A stretch of 64,000 nucleotides of DNA from Antedon mediterranea (lineage: Eukaryota; Animalia; Echinodermata). Made by a program: the position numbers and the translations under genes. Location: NCBI RefSeq assembly GCF_964355755.1, contig NC_092671.1:5270001-5334000 (forward strand), read 5' to 3'. Below, one piece after another: positions 50,857 to 64,000 of this stretch (position 1 is the first letter of the stretch; each line of letters starts with the position of its first letter). The notes under the pieces were generated by a model. It made no database searches and was not told the origin of the DNA. It saw nothing but the letters and a program-made list of their open reading frames with translations.

Positions 50857-52562
50857 ATATTTTACTTTACCTAAATATCAATTTTATAAACGTTAATTTT
50901 ATACCTTGCTAAATTGTTACGGTCCATATCTAACCACATTTTTTTTGCCTTTTCTTTATTTATTAAAAACTCACAATTGATTATATCTTCTAACTCCGCA
51001 GTGAACATTAACCATGGACATTTTTTAACAAGTCCTAGTCTGTGTTTGACTTTATTTTTATAAACACAGAAAGTTAAAATGGAAAATATTTCATTAATTT
51101 TGACATCATATTTTCCAAGTAAAATTTTCTCCCATGTAACTTCCTGAGTAAATGCAAAACATGTTTTCAGCATAGCGCAACATTTTACCCAGCAATGTTT
51201 TACTTCTTTGCATGTAAATAACATATGCTTTTCATTTTCAACCTCCTCATTACAATATTCACAATAATTACTGTTTGACAAATTCCATAATTTTAGCTTA
51301 CACCTAGTTGGTAAAATTTTATGTAGCAACTTAAAATTAAAGAAAGCCACTCTTTTTATGTGCAACATACTCTTAACTTTGTTTTTCCAACATAGATTCC
51401 AGTCGATAAAACAATTTTGAAGTTGGTTTTCCCATTTATCTTGTGCTTTTGGTATGCACGCTTTATACTGTATGCTACCTCGGTAAAAGTGAAATAGAAT
51501 TGTTTGACAGTTGTATAATTTGAAGTAACATTAACATTTTTGTCTATTGTATCAACCTCTTTATGTATATAACAATAGGGTTTCTCAACCACTATAACTT
51601 TCCAGTTTCTTGGAATAGCGTCAATTAGTGCCATATATTTTAAAAATGCATTTTCCCTTCGTTTCAACAGTGGAGTTATTTCATTAATATGCTTAAATCT
51701 AGACTTATCCATAATATCTCCTACTGTTTTTATACCTGATTTCATCCAAGATTTACAGAATAGTGATTTTTTGTTATGCATGACATATATATTCTCCCAT
51801 AACCTCTGAGTTTTTATTTCACATATACATTGAGGTTTTTTAGTATAAATATTATTAAACCGTATGCAGGCTTTAAGCAAATTTATATAGAATGTATTAA
51901 CATATTTGAGTGCATTATGCTTCTCAAAGTTTGCTTCCGTCATACTTAATGTATAATCAATTGGATATAAATTGTATAATGGAATACATTTCCACTTTCC
52001 TGGATCCGGGCTTAGTAAACGTTTTACCCAGCCTAACTTTAAAGATTCAATCATAGAGTTAAAGTCTATCATTTTAATCCCACCATTTTCAATGTTTTGT
52101 ATCAGAGTATTTCTTTTAATGTTTTCTTTATTACCACTCCATAAAAAGTTGTATAAAATCTTGTTTATTTCAGGAATAATAGATTTTGGCAAGTCTGTGA
52201 CACTTGCATTATAAATAAGTTTTGATAACGCTAGCGTTTTAATTACCGTTATTTTCCCAAAGAATGATATTTTTATTTTTTCCCAAGTTTTAAGGATCTT
52301 TTTTAGATTTTCAATTTTCTCATACCAATTTTTTGTATTGCAAATATCCTTATCATAACCAATGTAAATACCTAGAAACTTAATAGGTTCTTGATTAAAG
52401 GTAATGTTGCAATAGTTACTAATTTTCTCTTTATCACAACCAATCCACATTCCCCTTGTCTTGGATTTATTTAGCATCAGACCTGACATTTCACAAAAAC
52501 AATCTATTTCGTTAAAATAACTTTGTATGGCTTTTTCATTCTTGGCAAAAATCACAGTATCT
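50510..52562 (-). mobile_element. 5'-truncated Tx1/L1-clade LINE (ORF2 C-terminal half + 3' UTR)
   Basis: Starts at the RT DD motif remnant (EDTVIF); LNKSKT, IKFLGI, GKITVIKTLALSKL, ENGGI, and a C-terminal CEYC...EKHMLFTC zinc finger; one frameshift at ~51400. The 3' boundary is approximate. Confidence 0.88.
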
Positions 52563-53049
52563 TCGTTCTTAGTAGGCCGTAGGCCTAGTCCAGATAGCAT
52601 TTTGGACTAGGCTGAAGACTTGGCCCTACCTAATACCTACGTCTCAGCCGTGAAAAACTTGTTTTATCCCGTTATTACCCAATTCACTTATGGTTCAACT
52701 ACCTAAAAATCGATGGGACCGAAATACATTCATAACATGGACATTTCATTCTGTAACAATTACCAGTATTGACGTGACTACTATCAACAAAATAGTATAG
52801 AATGAGAGTCTAAACCTTTATTATAAAGTAAACAGCAACAAAGGCCAAATTTAGTTTAAAGAATTGTTTCATGTAAAATTCTGGAGCCTCATGACTTGGC
52901 TATTTTCAACTTTTAAAAATCATTCAATTTGCCATCAAAATTGCATAATCGTAATCGTCATGGCTTGCCTCTCGTTATTTGGATTAAGTTATATACCTTA
53001 TTACTTTTATAAACTTATTTAAACATAATCAGTGCATCTATTGAAATAT

Positions 53050-53248
53050 AGTCTTCTCGGATAAGGACTATAAACCGTAGGTCCAGTGTACACATCTAGC
53101 TCGTGTACACTTTAAAGAACCTAGTACATCTTTCGAGACGAGTAGGGGGTTACCCCGGTGTACTAGTACACTCACAGCCACTGATCACCAACTGGGCCCT
53201 CTGGGAGACCAGTCTTTGACTGAAGAGGTTACCCAGTATAAATAAATA
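53050..53248 (+). mobile_element. 5'-truncated copy of the Deu/Nin-like SINE
   Basis: Reverse-complement match to 33185-33376; ends CCCAGTATAAATAAATA. Confidence 0.8.
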
Positions 53249-53740
53249 TTTCAATCAAATCGTTAGATAAATGATCATCATTATAAATAATGTTTTAGTA
53301 TACATGATACTTCCATATTTACCAGGACATAGTTAGTTATCACACTCTTCCATCCAATAGGCCTACAAATGGATTATTGAGTAAATATTATTTGTATTGG
53401 CACTGTACTTTAAAATTAATTATTTCAGTTATTTTTACATGATACATAGAAAATTATTTTTATTTTTTACAGAATCATCTAAAAAGTGCTTTTCAAAAGA
53501 ACATTTTTGATTCATTGGAGTGATCGGCGACCTGAAACTACGATGAAATCTCTAATGGAAAAAGATCTTAGCTCAAATCTCGGTTAGGGATTTTATTTTC
53601 CTCCGCGGTTTTATCAATTTCACATAATCAAAATATATCAGCATTACTACTGGGTTATAGCAGATTATTTTCCATTAAAAATTATAATATACAATTATCA
53701 TTGTTATTTCTTTCATTGAATTTGTTTTATATTTCAGAAA

Positions 53741-56442
53741 ATGTCAAAATTAAAACAAGAAGAAGAACTATCCGATTGTCTTGCAGACTTAAGTAATATA
53801 TATATAGATGACAAATTGCTGTGGCTTAAACTTTTGCTATACGACCACTGTTCGGGAGAAGTCTTAAGCAAACAGATAATAACAGGACATGATTTGTTTA
53901 ATGAACTCAAAGATAGAGGTTATATTTCTTATGACCCAACAGATGTTGAAATCCTGCTGGAAATTGCCAAATTAACCGAAGTGGATCGGGCAACAAAACT
54001 AATAACTAAGTTTAAAGAAACTCATAAGACGAACACTGAACAAAACTACGTCTTTACCAAGGGCAGGCCAATAAAAGATTATCGCAAACGGCTTTTTAAA
54101 ACTTTGAGAGAAAATACTGTTTCTGGTGGAAACTTAGCTGTTAGCTACGGACAAAGTCGTAGGTTTGATAATACTTGGGATTTGGTGTTTTATTTGGAGA
54201 CGCAAAACATGTTGAAGGATAATTCTATACCGTTAGAAAGATTGTTCAAGAGGCTCAATGTCAGAGCAATGAGCGTTGGTATGTAAACACTACTTTATTC
54301 AAAACAGTAAAGCTGCTTTGTAGACGTGATTTACGAAAGCTGCTAAATGTTCTTTTTTCTAGTTGGCTTTAGGAATATTTACCATCATGTTCAGGAAAAT
54401 GTATTATATATCATTTAATTGCTCCTTAGATTAGGCTTGTTACATTTCAAAATATCAGTTAAAATACTGGTAACATATACATATCTTTATTACAGATGAT
54501 GAACCAACCAGTTCTAATTTAGAGGTAAATATGAGGTTAATATTTGTAAATATTTACTTATCCATACTCCACTATAACACATTCCTAAATATTATTATAC
54601 ATTTTCTAAATCAGAATCGGCTCAAAAACTTAAAAGACGCCATAACTTTCTTTGTTAATACTCACAATAAAAACTTCATTCTAAAATAGAAGTATGATTT
54701 TAGAAAACAAAATGTTCAACAATTAACAAAGTGTAAAATTAAAAAATCATTAAATTATTCATTTAGCAAATTTTATCAACCAAACAAAAAGAAACAATAG
54801 CATTATAATAAAGTAACATTTCATTTAAAATTTAAAGGAAGCAAGCAATAAAATGCCAGGTAAGGAGAAACATAATCCACAGGATTCCAAGCATGGTAAG
54901 CAAGTCCCAAGAGGTGACGCTAAAACAAAGCTCAAGCGAAAGGCAAATGAAGTTATTCAGGAAATAGACAAGAAAATCAAGTTTGTTTCTGAAAGTAAAA
55001 CAAGCATTAATCATGATGAAAGTTCGTGCAAAGAAACCATGGAAGACCACACGAATAATATTTTCAAACAAATTAAACAGGAACATGATGGCAATGTTGA
55101 GGGTTTGAACACCATTTATGCACCAAAAAAAGAAGCTATTGAGAGGAAAGTAAACAACCTTGAGTACCAGAGAAATATTTTGGAAAAAGTCATTGAAAAG
55201 ATTGATGATCCAAATGAGACAGAAACTCTCGAATCACACAAGAACACTATTGATGAAACAGAAAAAGAAGTCAATAAATATTCTGATTTAGAAGAGACTT
55301 GTACTCCTTTGTTTATCCCAAAATATCAGGATATTAATCTTGGTATATTTATAATTGATGATGGTAGATATATCATTGATAAAAATGATCAATCGTTTTC
55401 AGTAACAATGGGTCAGCCATTTGAAGTTAATGTAGAAAGGAAAGATGGAAGTAATACGGATACATTAGCTGCCACATTGATATACTCATCAGTTGAAAAA
55501 TGCCCCACTGACGATGTAGAAAGGCTGGAAAGAGGAAAGTACAGAATAAAAGGCCAATGTAATAAGGAAGGTAATTGTATATTGGCGATCACTGAAGGAG
55601 TAAACCACGTCAAAGTATCCCAAATCAACGTAGTACAGCGAGGATGTGTACTTACAATTACCACAACGCCTGATATCAAATGTTTAACAGATGTACTATT
55701 AGGTACAAATGATTGTATGTTAGTATCAGGAAAAAGTAAAAAGTTAATGATGTTTAACCAGTCAAATAATTACGGAAAGGTGTCACAAGGTGTAGGCCTA
55801 AAGATCAACAAAATGTATCGGATATCTAATAGTAGAATTGTTTGCAGTGACACAAAAAAAGAAAGAGTTGTCATTCTTAATGATAAATTTGAAGAAGAAG
55901 AAGACGCTGAATTTACTGCAGAAGATATGGAATCACCAGAGGGTTTAACAGTGAACGATGAATCAAGAGTTTTATATGTTGCAGACACAGCAGCTCATTG
56001 TATATTTAGATTCAATGTCGATAACAAAACACAGATGCGTCCGATTGGTGGATCAAAGGGTGGTAAAAATAACCAACTATGTCAACCACACGACGTAACT
56101 TTAACTAAACAAGGTAATTTAATGGTTACTGACTATGGCAATCATAGAGTACAAATGTTTGATGCAAATGGTACATTTTTTAAGACAATTATTAGCAAAG
56201 GTGAGAACGATGGGTACGTTATGTGCCCGAATAGTATAGTAATCGACAATGACGGAAATGTAATAGTTTCAAGCCAACATAAACTTCAAGTATTTGATCA
56301 AACTGGTCATTTCATAAAACGAATTGATAGTATTGATGATGGCCTTGATCATCCACATGCAATACGTGTAGTCTCCAACAGACCAAGGAGATTAGCAGTC
56401 ATCAATTCAGGGGAAAATAATGTTAAGCTATATAATTACTAA
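53741..56442 (+). CDS. Tandem DED-like + coiled coil + filamin-like + NHL-repeat protein (TRIM2/3/71-like C-terminus, no RING), copy 2, intact, 723 aa
   Basis: Exons 53741-54278, 54496-54524 and 54838-56442 join in frame (2172 nt) with GT/AG junctions at the same positions as copy 1. NHL motifs SPEGLTV, LYVAD, QPHDVTL, VTDYGNHRVQMFD, HKLQVFD, HPHAI. Confidence 0.85.
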
Positions 56443-56944
56443 ACAAGCTTCTTAAACAGAGATATTAATATCCAATACAAAAGTAAAGCAAATTGATAGT
56501 AATTGGAAACTAATAGTATTTTGCGCTAGTACATTCGAAAATAGGTCACCATAATTGACCATACTGTTTAAGACTTATTGTCGAAATTGTTAAGTATTTG
56601 TTTAATTACAGTACTAAACAATTCAATTTTAAATCACTATTATGCAACACTAATTGTTAGGAGCTGTTTGTTTCGGGACGATAGACGAAGGAGACGAGAA
56701 GGTAATTGCTGATAAAAAAGCCAATGGTAGCATGTTTTTTTAATTTAATTCTTTATTTATTGACCAAAAGCAATTATTTTTTCCCATATTAACAAATGCA
56801 TTTGAATCAGCAATAATTATTATCATTTTTTATTTTTTTTATAATTAATTGTCATATCGATATCTAATGACGTTCCAACATTTGAGACGGAACAAGAAAC
56901 TGGAAAGGTCAAGACACAAGAGCCGATGGCTCCAGCCTGTATAA

Positions 56945-57123
56945 AGCTTGGTTCCCACTAGAACGTAACGCAAGGACATAAACGCAACGCGAGCGTTTTA
57001 ACCAATGACAATCGAAGTTATAGACAGTTAGCAATCACAGGAGAATAAGCCATCGCGTGTGATTGGTCAATTCACTTGCGTTACGTTACGTCCTTGTGTT
57101 GCGTCGCTAGTGGGAACCACGCT
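56945..57123. mobile_element. Harbinger-like MITE
   Basis: TIR AGCTTGGTTCCCACTAG / CTAGTGGGAACCACGCT, TAA on both sides, largely palindromic interior. Confidence 0.8.
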
Positions 57124-60087
57124 TAAGATACACGACTTACGGTACGTGTTTGAGCAAGTTCTGCGATAGTCAGTGTGGTTCTTACTATAATGCTTAACCA
57201 ACGTACACTCCCTGTCTAGGACGTACTGAAATGAACAACAGCCGCACAAATTAGTTACCATCGCGTATTTACTTAGTGCCTTGAGCGGTGGGTTTGCTAA
57301 ATCACCGTCTGGCAAATTTCCACAAATAATTAGTTATTGTTAAGTTTAATGTTATACGCAGTCTAACAATATAGATCCCATGGTAACGGCATTAATATTA
57401 TTTAAATAACTAGGGGTTCGCTCGCGCACCCTCTAGTGGGTGTACCCGAATGGTCCTCGAAAACATGACTAACGCCTCTGGAAATTGAAGCCCAATAATG
57501 CTACGAACAACTACGAAAAATGTGAACATTGATGGTGTGCATTGAACAAAAAATGGATGAGGTATTTTTTGTTATTTTCAAGTATCGAAAACACTTAATA
57601 TTTTCATATTATTTAGCCTACTAATACTGTCAAATATCTTTTTTTTTTAAATTGTTCTTTACTTCTTTGGTAGTTAAAATAAATGTGCTTATTTATTTTA
57701 TGAAATCGAGTCGAGTGGGCGATCGGTTAAAGCAGGGGCTCCGCAAACCAATCGGCACAGGTTCAATGCCCTCTCGACCATGGTTATCGGTGGAGGTATT
57801 TACTCTCGGAGTTCTCTCTGTTTTTTTTTATGCTTTTGAGAAATGTTTTCTCTCCAACAGTTTTAAAGAAATATGCATTTTATTTTGATAGTGTTAAACT
57901 TTGATTTATCACAATTTGTCAATTTCATTTTTGTTAAATAACGATTTACTAAGGTGTTTTGAAAGTGTTTAGGTAGATTCAGGGCCACTATTTCAGCTTT
58001 AATTATTCAATAATGCGACTTATATGTATTTAAGCTCCGGATTTTTATATAAACTTTAGGAACAACATTATTACTGTACAACTCCACTTTTTCAAGAAAC
58101 GAGCACATTAAGTATTAAGATAGGAAGGTAATAAAAGTTCACTCTCATTTATGTTAATGGAAAATATATATAGATCGAAGAACAATCAATGTTACTGTGT
58201 TATTTTGATGTGTTTGGTTAATGTTGTTAAGTTTTTATATACGTTTGTTTAAATTTATGCTTGTATGCCTTGTTGTATGTTTCTGTATATACACATTATA
58301 TATACATTAAATTCCTTTTACACTATGGTGTGTTTTTTTTTCTAATTTGGACGCACCTTTGTTCAATTCAAGTTACTGGGTTCAAGTCCTGTCCGTTTTA
58401 TTTTGCCACTGAAAAACGGGAAGTTATCAATAAATGATTATATTATTATTACTGTATTATTATAGCACATAGATTCGTTAGATTTGAATTACGCATTTTA
58501 TGTAGGCCATATAATAATTATGTAATAATGTTTATACTGTATGATGTAAAGTGCGCTTTCATAAATATCCTTTAGGTATTACTGTATATGCAATTTGTGT
58601 GGAGAGTAAACTTAAGTTACGGAAAATGTTTACGAGAATTTTTAGATTCGTAGATTTGAATTACGCATATTATGTAGGCCATAATAGGTGTTTAATAATG
58701 TTTATACAATGTAAAGTGCGCTTTAGCACGAGCTTTCATAAATATCAATTAGGTATTACGCAATTTGTGTGTAAATTAAACTTAGTTCCGAATATTGTGA
58801 CGGAATTGTTAACAGTTTTATAACGTGATATTGTAATAACATAGTTTTTATCTTTGTAACTACTGTATTTTAATTGGTAAAATACTGAGTACTGATCTTT
58901 GTTAGCTGTTTGTTTTAGTATTCCGTCCATTTGAATGAGATTTTCTAATGTGAATTCGAAATGTGTATACAATGTAAAGTGCGCTTTACTACGAGTTTTC
59001 ACAAATATCAATTAGTTACAATTATGCAATTTGTGCAATTAGAGTACACTTAGTTACGAATATTGTGACTGAAATTTTTAAAAGTTTTATAACGTGATAT
59101 TGCAATAACATCGTTTTTATCTTTATAACTATTTTAATTGTTGATTAAAACGTATACTGATCTTTGTTAGCTGTTTGTTTTAGTATTCCGTCCATTTGAA
59201 TCAGATTTTGTAATGTGAATTCGAATGAGAAATAAAACAGCCTATAGGCCTACTACACGAGAGGCATGGTGTTGTTTCATTTTTTTTTTGTCGCTTCAAC
59301 ACATTGTGAATAAATGACACGTTTACTTTCATCCGTTAAAAAATACCATATTTGGAGGAAAGTTTATTAGCCTGGAGCGGACCACTAAAACACTTTTCGT
59401 AGGTAAACGATGCAGACAAAAAATCAATTATTTATTAGTTATATCCAGATACATTATTGAATATGCATTAGGTGTGACATAAGAATTGACCAGACCACAA
59501 AACGCTTTCCGACGAGACGTCTGTAGCCATGGTAAAAATAAGTGGAAGGATAGGTATCGACACTAACATCAAACGGATTTTCCACCGCGCTCGCCTATGT
59601 TTAAAGCACTGATCTCGAGACAGCAGCTGGATGGCAAATTTCACTTACCTACGAAACTTGCATCCAGGATTTAATAAAAACGCCAATTCACTTACAGAAG
59701 ATTCTTGTATTTTCTTTTTCTTCTTGTTTAAAATCTATTAAGTTTATTCAGGAATAAGGCGACATTTTTACAGTATAGGGTATAATCCTAAGTTTTCTCC
59801 AAATTTTGTGATATTTTCATGCAAAATAATCCATCTGATTCAAGTCGTTTCACTCTCTCTTCACAATACACAAACCTAACCTAGACTGGAATAAATTTTC
59901 CTCCAATTTGTTCTTCTTTTTAAATTAATTTCCCACTAGTTTTCTGCCCTCTCTTCCATATCATTCAAAGTATGGAGAGGGTACCACAGCATTGTAGACA
60001 TCGGTTGGCAGTATCTTAGTGTGGTCTACAGCAGTCACTGTTTTTTTCTTTCTTTTCTATAAAATGTTTAAGATTTAAGATCTAATT

Positions 60088-63000
60088 TTATTCTTCCTCA
60101 TCTATTTCTTCTTCTTTAATTAATTTGCCACTTCTCGTCTGCACTCCTAAATGTTTGTTTGTCAACAGCTCAAAGCATGAAGAGGATGTCACGGCCTTGT
60201 AGACATCGGTTGGCAGGATCTCTTGTGGTGGTCTGCAGTCACTGCGAGTCTTGTAAGCCTGGCCAAGAGAGTCCCGTACAAGATCTGTCATAAACTGCTT
60301 AGCAGCCTAAAAAAACATATGATCATTAGTGATAACATTTTAGTGTATCTTCAGATATCCAAGACCTTCTTTTCATACCCAGTGGTAGTACCTCATATAG
60401 TCTCATTCAGAGATATACCCATTATTTATTTAATTAGCCACAAAGCTTTTCAATACAAGTTTTCTCATTTAAATTCTGTTACCAATGAATGAATGAATGA
60501 ATGAATGAAAGAAACATGTTTACAATATTCCTTGCAATGTGTTGCTTTTGTAGTTTATATATTTTCTTCTCGTGTTTTTTAAGCTACACTTATTTGATCA
60601 AAATAATTTCTAGAATAGTTTGTGGATCCCACATCCTAGCAAAGTTAGTAAAGCTGATGTGATCCCAGTGGTGATATCATGAAATGTTAATTTCACTGCT
60701 TTGCAACATAACTTTCAAATATCATGAAATAATTTCCATTTTTAGTTTTTTCAAACTTTAATTTCTCTTTTATTTCAAATATCAATTGTTAATAACTTAA
60801 TTACTAGGATTTTTGTTCTGGCTTCTCCTTAAAATATGTGAAAAAATTCTAGATCCATAAGGCACAAAGCATAACGTGAGTGCTCACTAAACAAATTGAC
60901 TTACATTAAAGAGCATCTCCTGCGTGACTGGAGCATACACATCTTCACAAACTTCAACTTGGTTCAGTTTGATTCCAACCTGTAAAATAATATATACAAT
61001 ATATCATTTTTATTGATAATATCAATCAATCAATATATAAAAAAAAAAATCCAAACCATTCAATTACCCCTTGAAGACAAGATTGCCTACTTTTAAAACT
61101 AATCTTATAGTATAGAAACACAAGTAATAGCTCTTTGTATTTTCTCAAAGAATGTGGAGAGATATTCTATACTTAGAATGGACCCACGTCCTCTCTCCCT
61201 ATGGACTCTTTCTCCAAAATACTGCCAAAATAATAAATTGATTTGTTTATTATTATTTATTATTCATAAAATACACAAACCTGTTGACACATTTCTTCTA
61301 TCAATGTGGCGCCCTCACTGGGCGGCATAAACAGTTTTGGTTTTAGAAGTTCTCCAGAAGGTTCACTCTTTATTGTAATTTGAGTTGGACCTTCCACGGA
61401 GATGATATCAATGTCCGAGTCATCCGTGTCTTGGAAATGATTCTGCAAATTGTCTTTCTGGTTTTCTAATTTAGTTCGAATATCATCTGGTAATGAATAT
61501 GAATTCAATTTCAAAAACCCTGAAAAAAAGATATGAATACACTGTATTAGTTAAATAAAGTTTTGTGGGGGTTTTTATTCATGAATCTTTCTAATTACAA
61601 AAAATCAAAATTATGTATGAAAAAATAATATACATTTTCTCTTACCAAATTCTGACAACCATTTTTCTTTACATTTTGCAGTAGTATGTGCCTCAGTCTG
61701 ATCTTTGCCTTCTTCGTCTATAACTTTCTTCACCTCTCCACAAATGTCACACCAATCTGTTTGAGGTGATTTATCTAAAGGGAGAACAAACAATCTCTAT
61801 GATAATAAAAGATTGATTCAACCTGTTAGTGGCGGTTTCATCGCTGTTGGTTGAAAACTGAATGAAATAAAAAATAAATAAAGGTCACTGTAGTGATTAT
61901 TCACACATGTCTCGATTGATTAAAAGCCAATAGTTACTGCCTCTGCGGCATCAGTACAATAGAAGTCATGTACGTTGTTTCATTTCGATCGATTAGTCAC
62001 TAAAGCTGGTTTATTTAATAATCAAATAATAAGAATGTAGTTTTGTTGGACAAAACCAAAAAAAAATAAAAACAATACTGATTACAATATGAAACAACAA
62101 AGATATACATGTGTTTTCTGATAGAATGTTAACTGCCATGTTATGAACAGGAAGGTCAGTCACAGCCAAATGTCTGCTGCTATAATAACTGGCAACTTGT
62201 CCCCTGGCTAATTAAAAAGGCTACTTTATCCATTTCTAAATTAACACGGTTCTATGTTGTCATGTTGTATAAACGGGCCCTAACTGAGTACTCGGAGGAT
62301 AATCTACAAGTGCTGTATCAAGTAAGTAAAAAGTACTGCTCATGTTGCATGTGGGAAATTCAGTGCAAGAATTTGTCAACTCCCTGTTCAGTGTGTGTTG
62401 TGTATATACTGACATTGCCATACTCTCAACTACAACTATGAAAGTTTGGTATAGCTATGGAAGGCATATTGTAAAAAAATGTGATTCTGAAACAGGTTTG
62501 AAGAGAAGAGAAATAAAAAATGTATGCCTGTCAAAGTAGCCAACTGTATGGTTCCAAAGTCTTTTGTGCAGAAAGTTTTTGGGAACTGGGCATTATAATA
62601 TAATTACTGCTATTCTAACCCTGGCTCATACAGGTAACGATAGGTAAGATCATTCTTACCTTTGACATATGGCATATAACCATGAACACGGCACCAGACC
62701 ATTATCTGCTTCGTTGTCCAGACATCCTTCAGATTGAATGTACTGTTCTTTGCATCTGATATGAGCTTCTTGACATTTTCTTTGATTGCCACTGCTCTCT
62801 GCCATTCACATGCCTTCCTCTTGATGATGTGCCAGGACTGAAACTGCTCCAAGGACGGCGCACAAAACGGGAATATTGTAGGATCTGAAAATAAAAAAAT
62901 AAATACATAATTTTGCTTTGTACGGTTAAAATAATATTTAATTGCAGACCACATAATGCCAGTAAAACAATGCTGCAGACAAAGGATTAAACATGTTTGA

Positions 63001-64000
63001 TTGAGTCTGTTCAAGTACTGTATGTCATATTATAAAGATATTGCCTTGTCATGAGGGGAATAGTACAATCTACTGCACCCAGTTAATCCAAATACCAGAG
63101 CTTACTAGAGTGCTATCTTCCTGATATTGGTATTATAAAATATGTAACTATATTTTTTTTATCGAACAGATCACAGAGATATTATAGTGATAATATCTCT
63201 ATGATTAGATTAAACTCACCATTAGTACCGTTTATCATTGGTATTCTTTTCACAACTGCTTTTACAAGGTTTTCCATCGATGAAACTTCCTTAAGATCAA
63301 TTCCTTTCTTTGGCGGTATCTCAATTGTTTTTTCCAACCTCGAACTGTGCTTAGACTTTGAGGCTGTTGTAGTGATCCCAGATATGCCAAGGGCTTGATG
63401 GCTTACGACCTGTTGCACAAGTTGTTGGCTCAGGAGTTTCGGTTCTTGTTTTACAGGAGTAAGAATAAATTTCTTAAGGAAATCTTGTTTGACTACACTT
63501 GCACCTTTTGATGTGCTAGCTCCAGATGATGTAGATGCAGTAGTTGCTGAGCTTAAAGCTATTCCAGAAAGGGCATCTGAGCCAATAGTCAACACTGGTT
63601 GTTTACCACTGGTGTCAACTAGGCTAGCTTTTGGAAATGAACTACTTAATGAAGGGAGACAAGACTTGCCACCAACTACTGTCAAGCCTTGAAGTTTCAT
63701 CACATTACCTGTGTCTTGAACTTTCTTAGGGAGAGCTGACCTTATGACTCCACTTTCCTTCACAACTCCGATTTGACCAGTTATGAGAGAAACACCTTTA
63801 GATGAAATTACCTTTGTCACCTGTGTATCGCCTTGGCTTGATGAATTTGAAGATTTAGGTGCTGCAATGACAATGCTCTGTCCTGTTGTCGGCAGTGCTG
63901 ACTGTCCAACCGTGACCATTGTCTTTGTGGATGTACTGGGTGAATGGATAGGTGAAGATACCTTCTGGGTTAGAATTGGAATATGATGAGCTATTTTGAC
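60088..64000 (-). CDS. YEATS2: YEATS domain-containing protein 2 orthologue, 3' exons (5' part lies beyond the window)
   Basis: In-phase exons >64000-63220, 62884-62660, 61774-61646, 61519-61281, 60979-60905 and 60306-60088. Motifs KRKACEWQRAV, TKQIMVWCRVHGY.P, VGIKL..V.VCEDVYA.V..EML and LLTNKHLG match the YEATS2 C-terminal and histone-fold region as I recall it; the upstream exon is low-complexity S/T/V/G-rich. Confidence 0.88.

Noticed and set aside
61823-61857. Extra YEATS2 mini-exon (FQPTAMKPPLT)
   Set aside because: Its phase is incompatible with the upstream donor and the following intron would be only 48 nt; direct splicing from 62660 to 61774 keeps the frame.

Overview
AT-rich, intron-containing animal genomic DNA. 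An invertebrate deuterostome such as an echinoderm is my inference from the Deu/Nin-type SINEs and frequent TAGGCCTA; the sequence does not prove it. The window holds a tandem segmental duplication with two paralogous 3-coding-exon genes of unusual architecture: tandem death-effector-like domains, B-box remnant, coiled coil, filamin-like domain and NHL repeats. Copy 1 (17600-20253) is frameshifted, copy 2 (53741-56442) is intact, and relics of further copies remain. The 3' exons of a YEATS2 orthologue lie on the minus strand (60088 to beyond 64000). The rest is dense with transposons: a full-length decayed BEL/Pao LTR element, Tx1 and CR1-type LINE fragments, SINEs, Helentron-type HINEs and nested MITEs. 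The most striking region is a ~6.6-kb composite insertion (~42450-49055) at one (TA)n site, which is empty in the paralogous segment. It stacks three elements: a 364-bp tandem repeat carrying a complete tRNA-like cloverleaf, a 303-nt hammerhead retrozyme, and a Neptune-like Penelope element with hammerheads. All three end in TTGGA(T)-(TA)n, and two have an inverted copy of their own downstream flank at the 5' junction. Duplicated segments also show TA-to-TAGGCCTA/TACTGTA/TACGGTA micro-insertions that look like transposon excision footprints. All alignments and folds were done by eye; no database searches were run.
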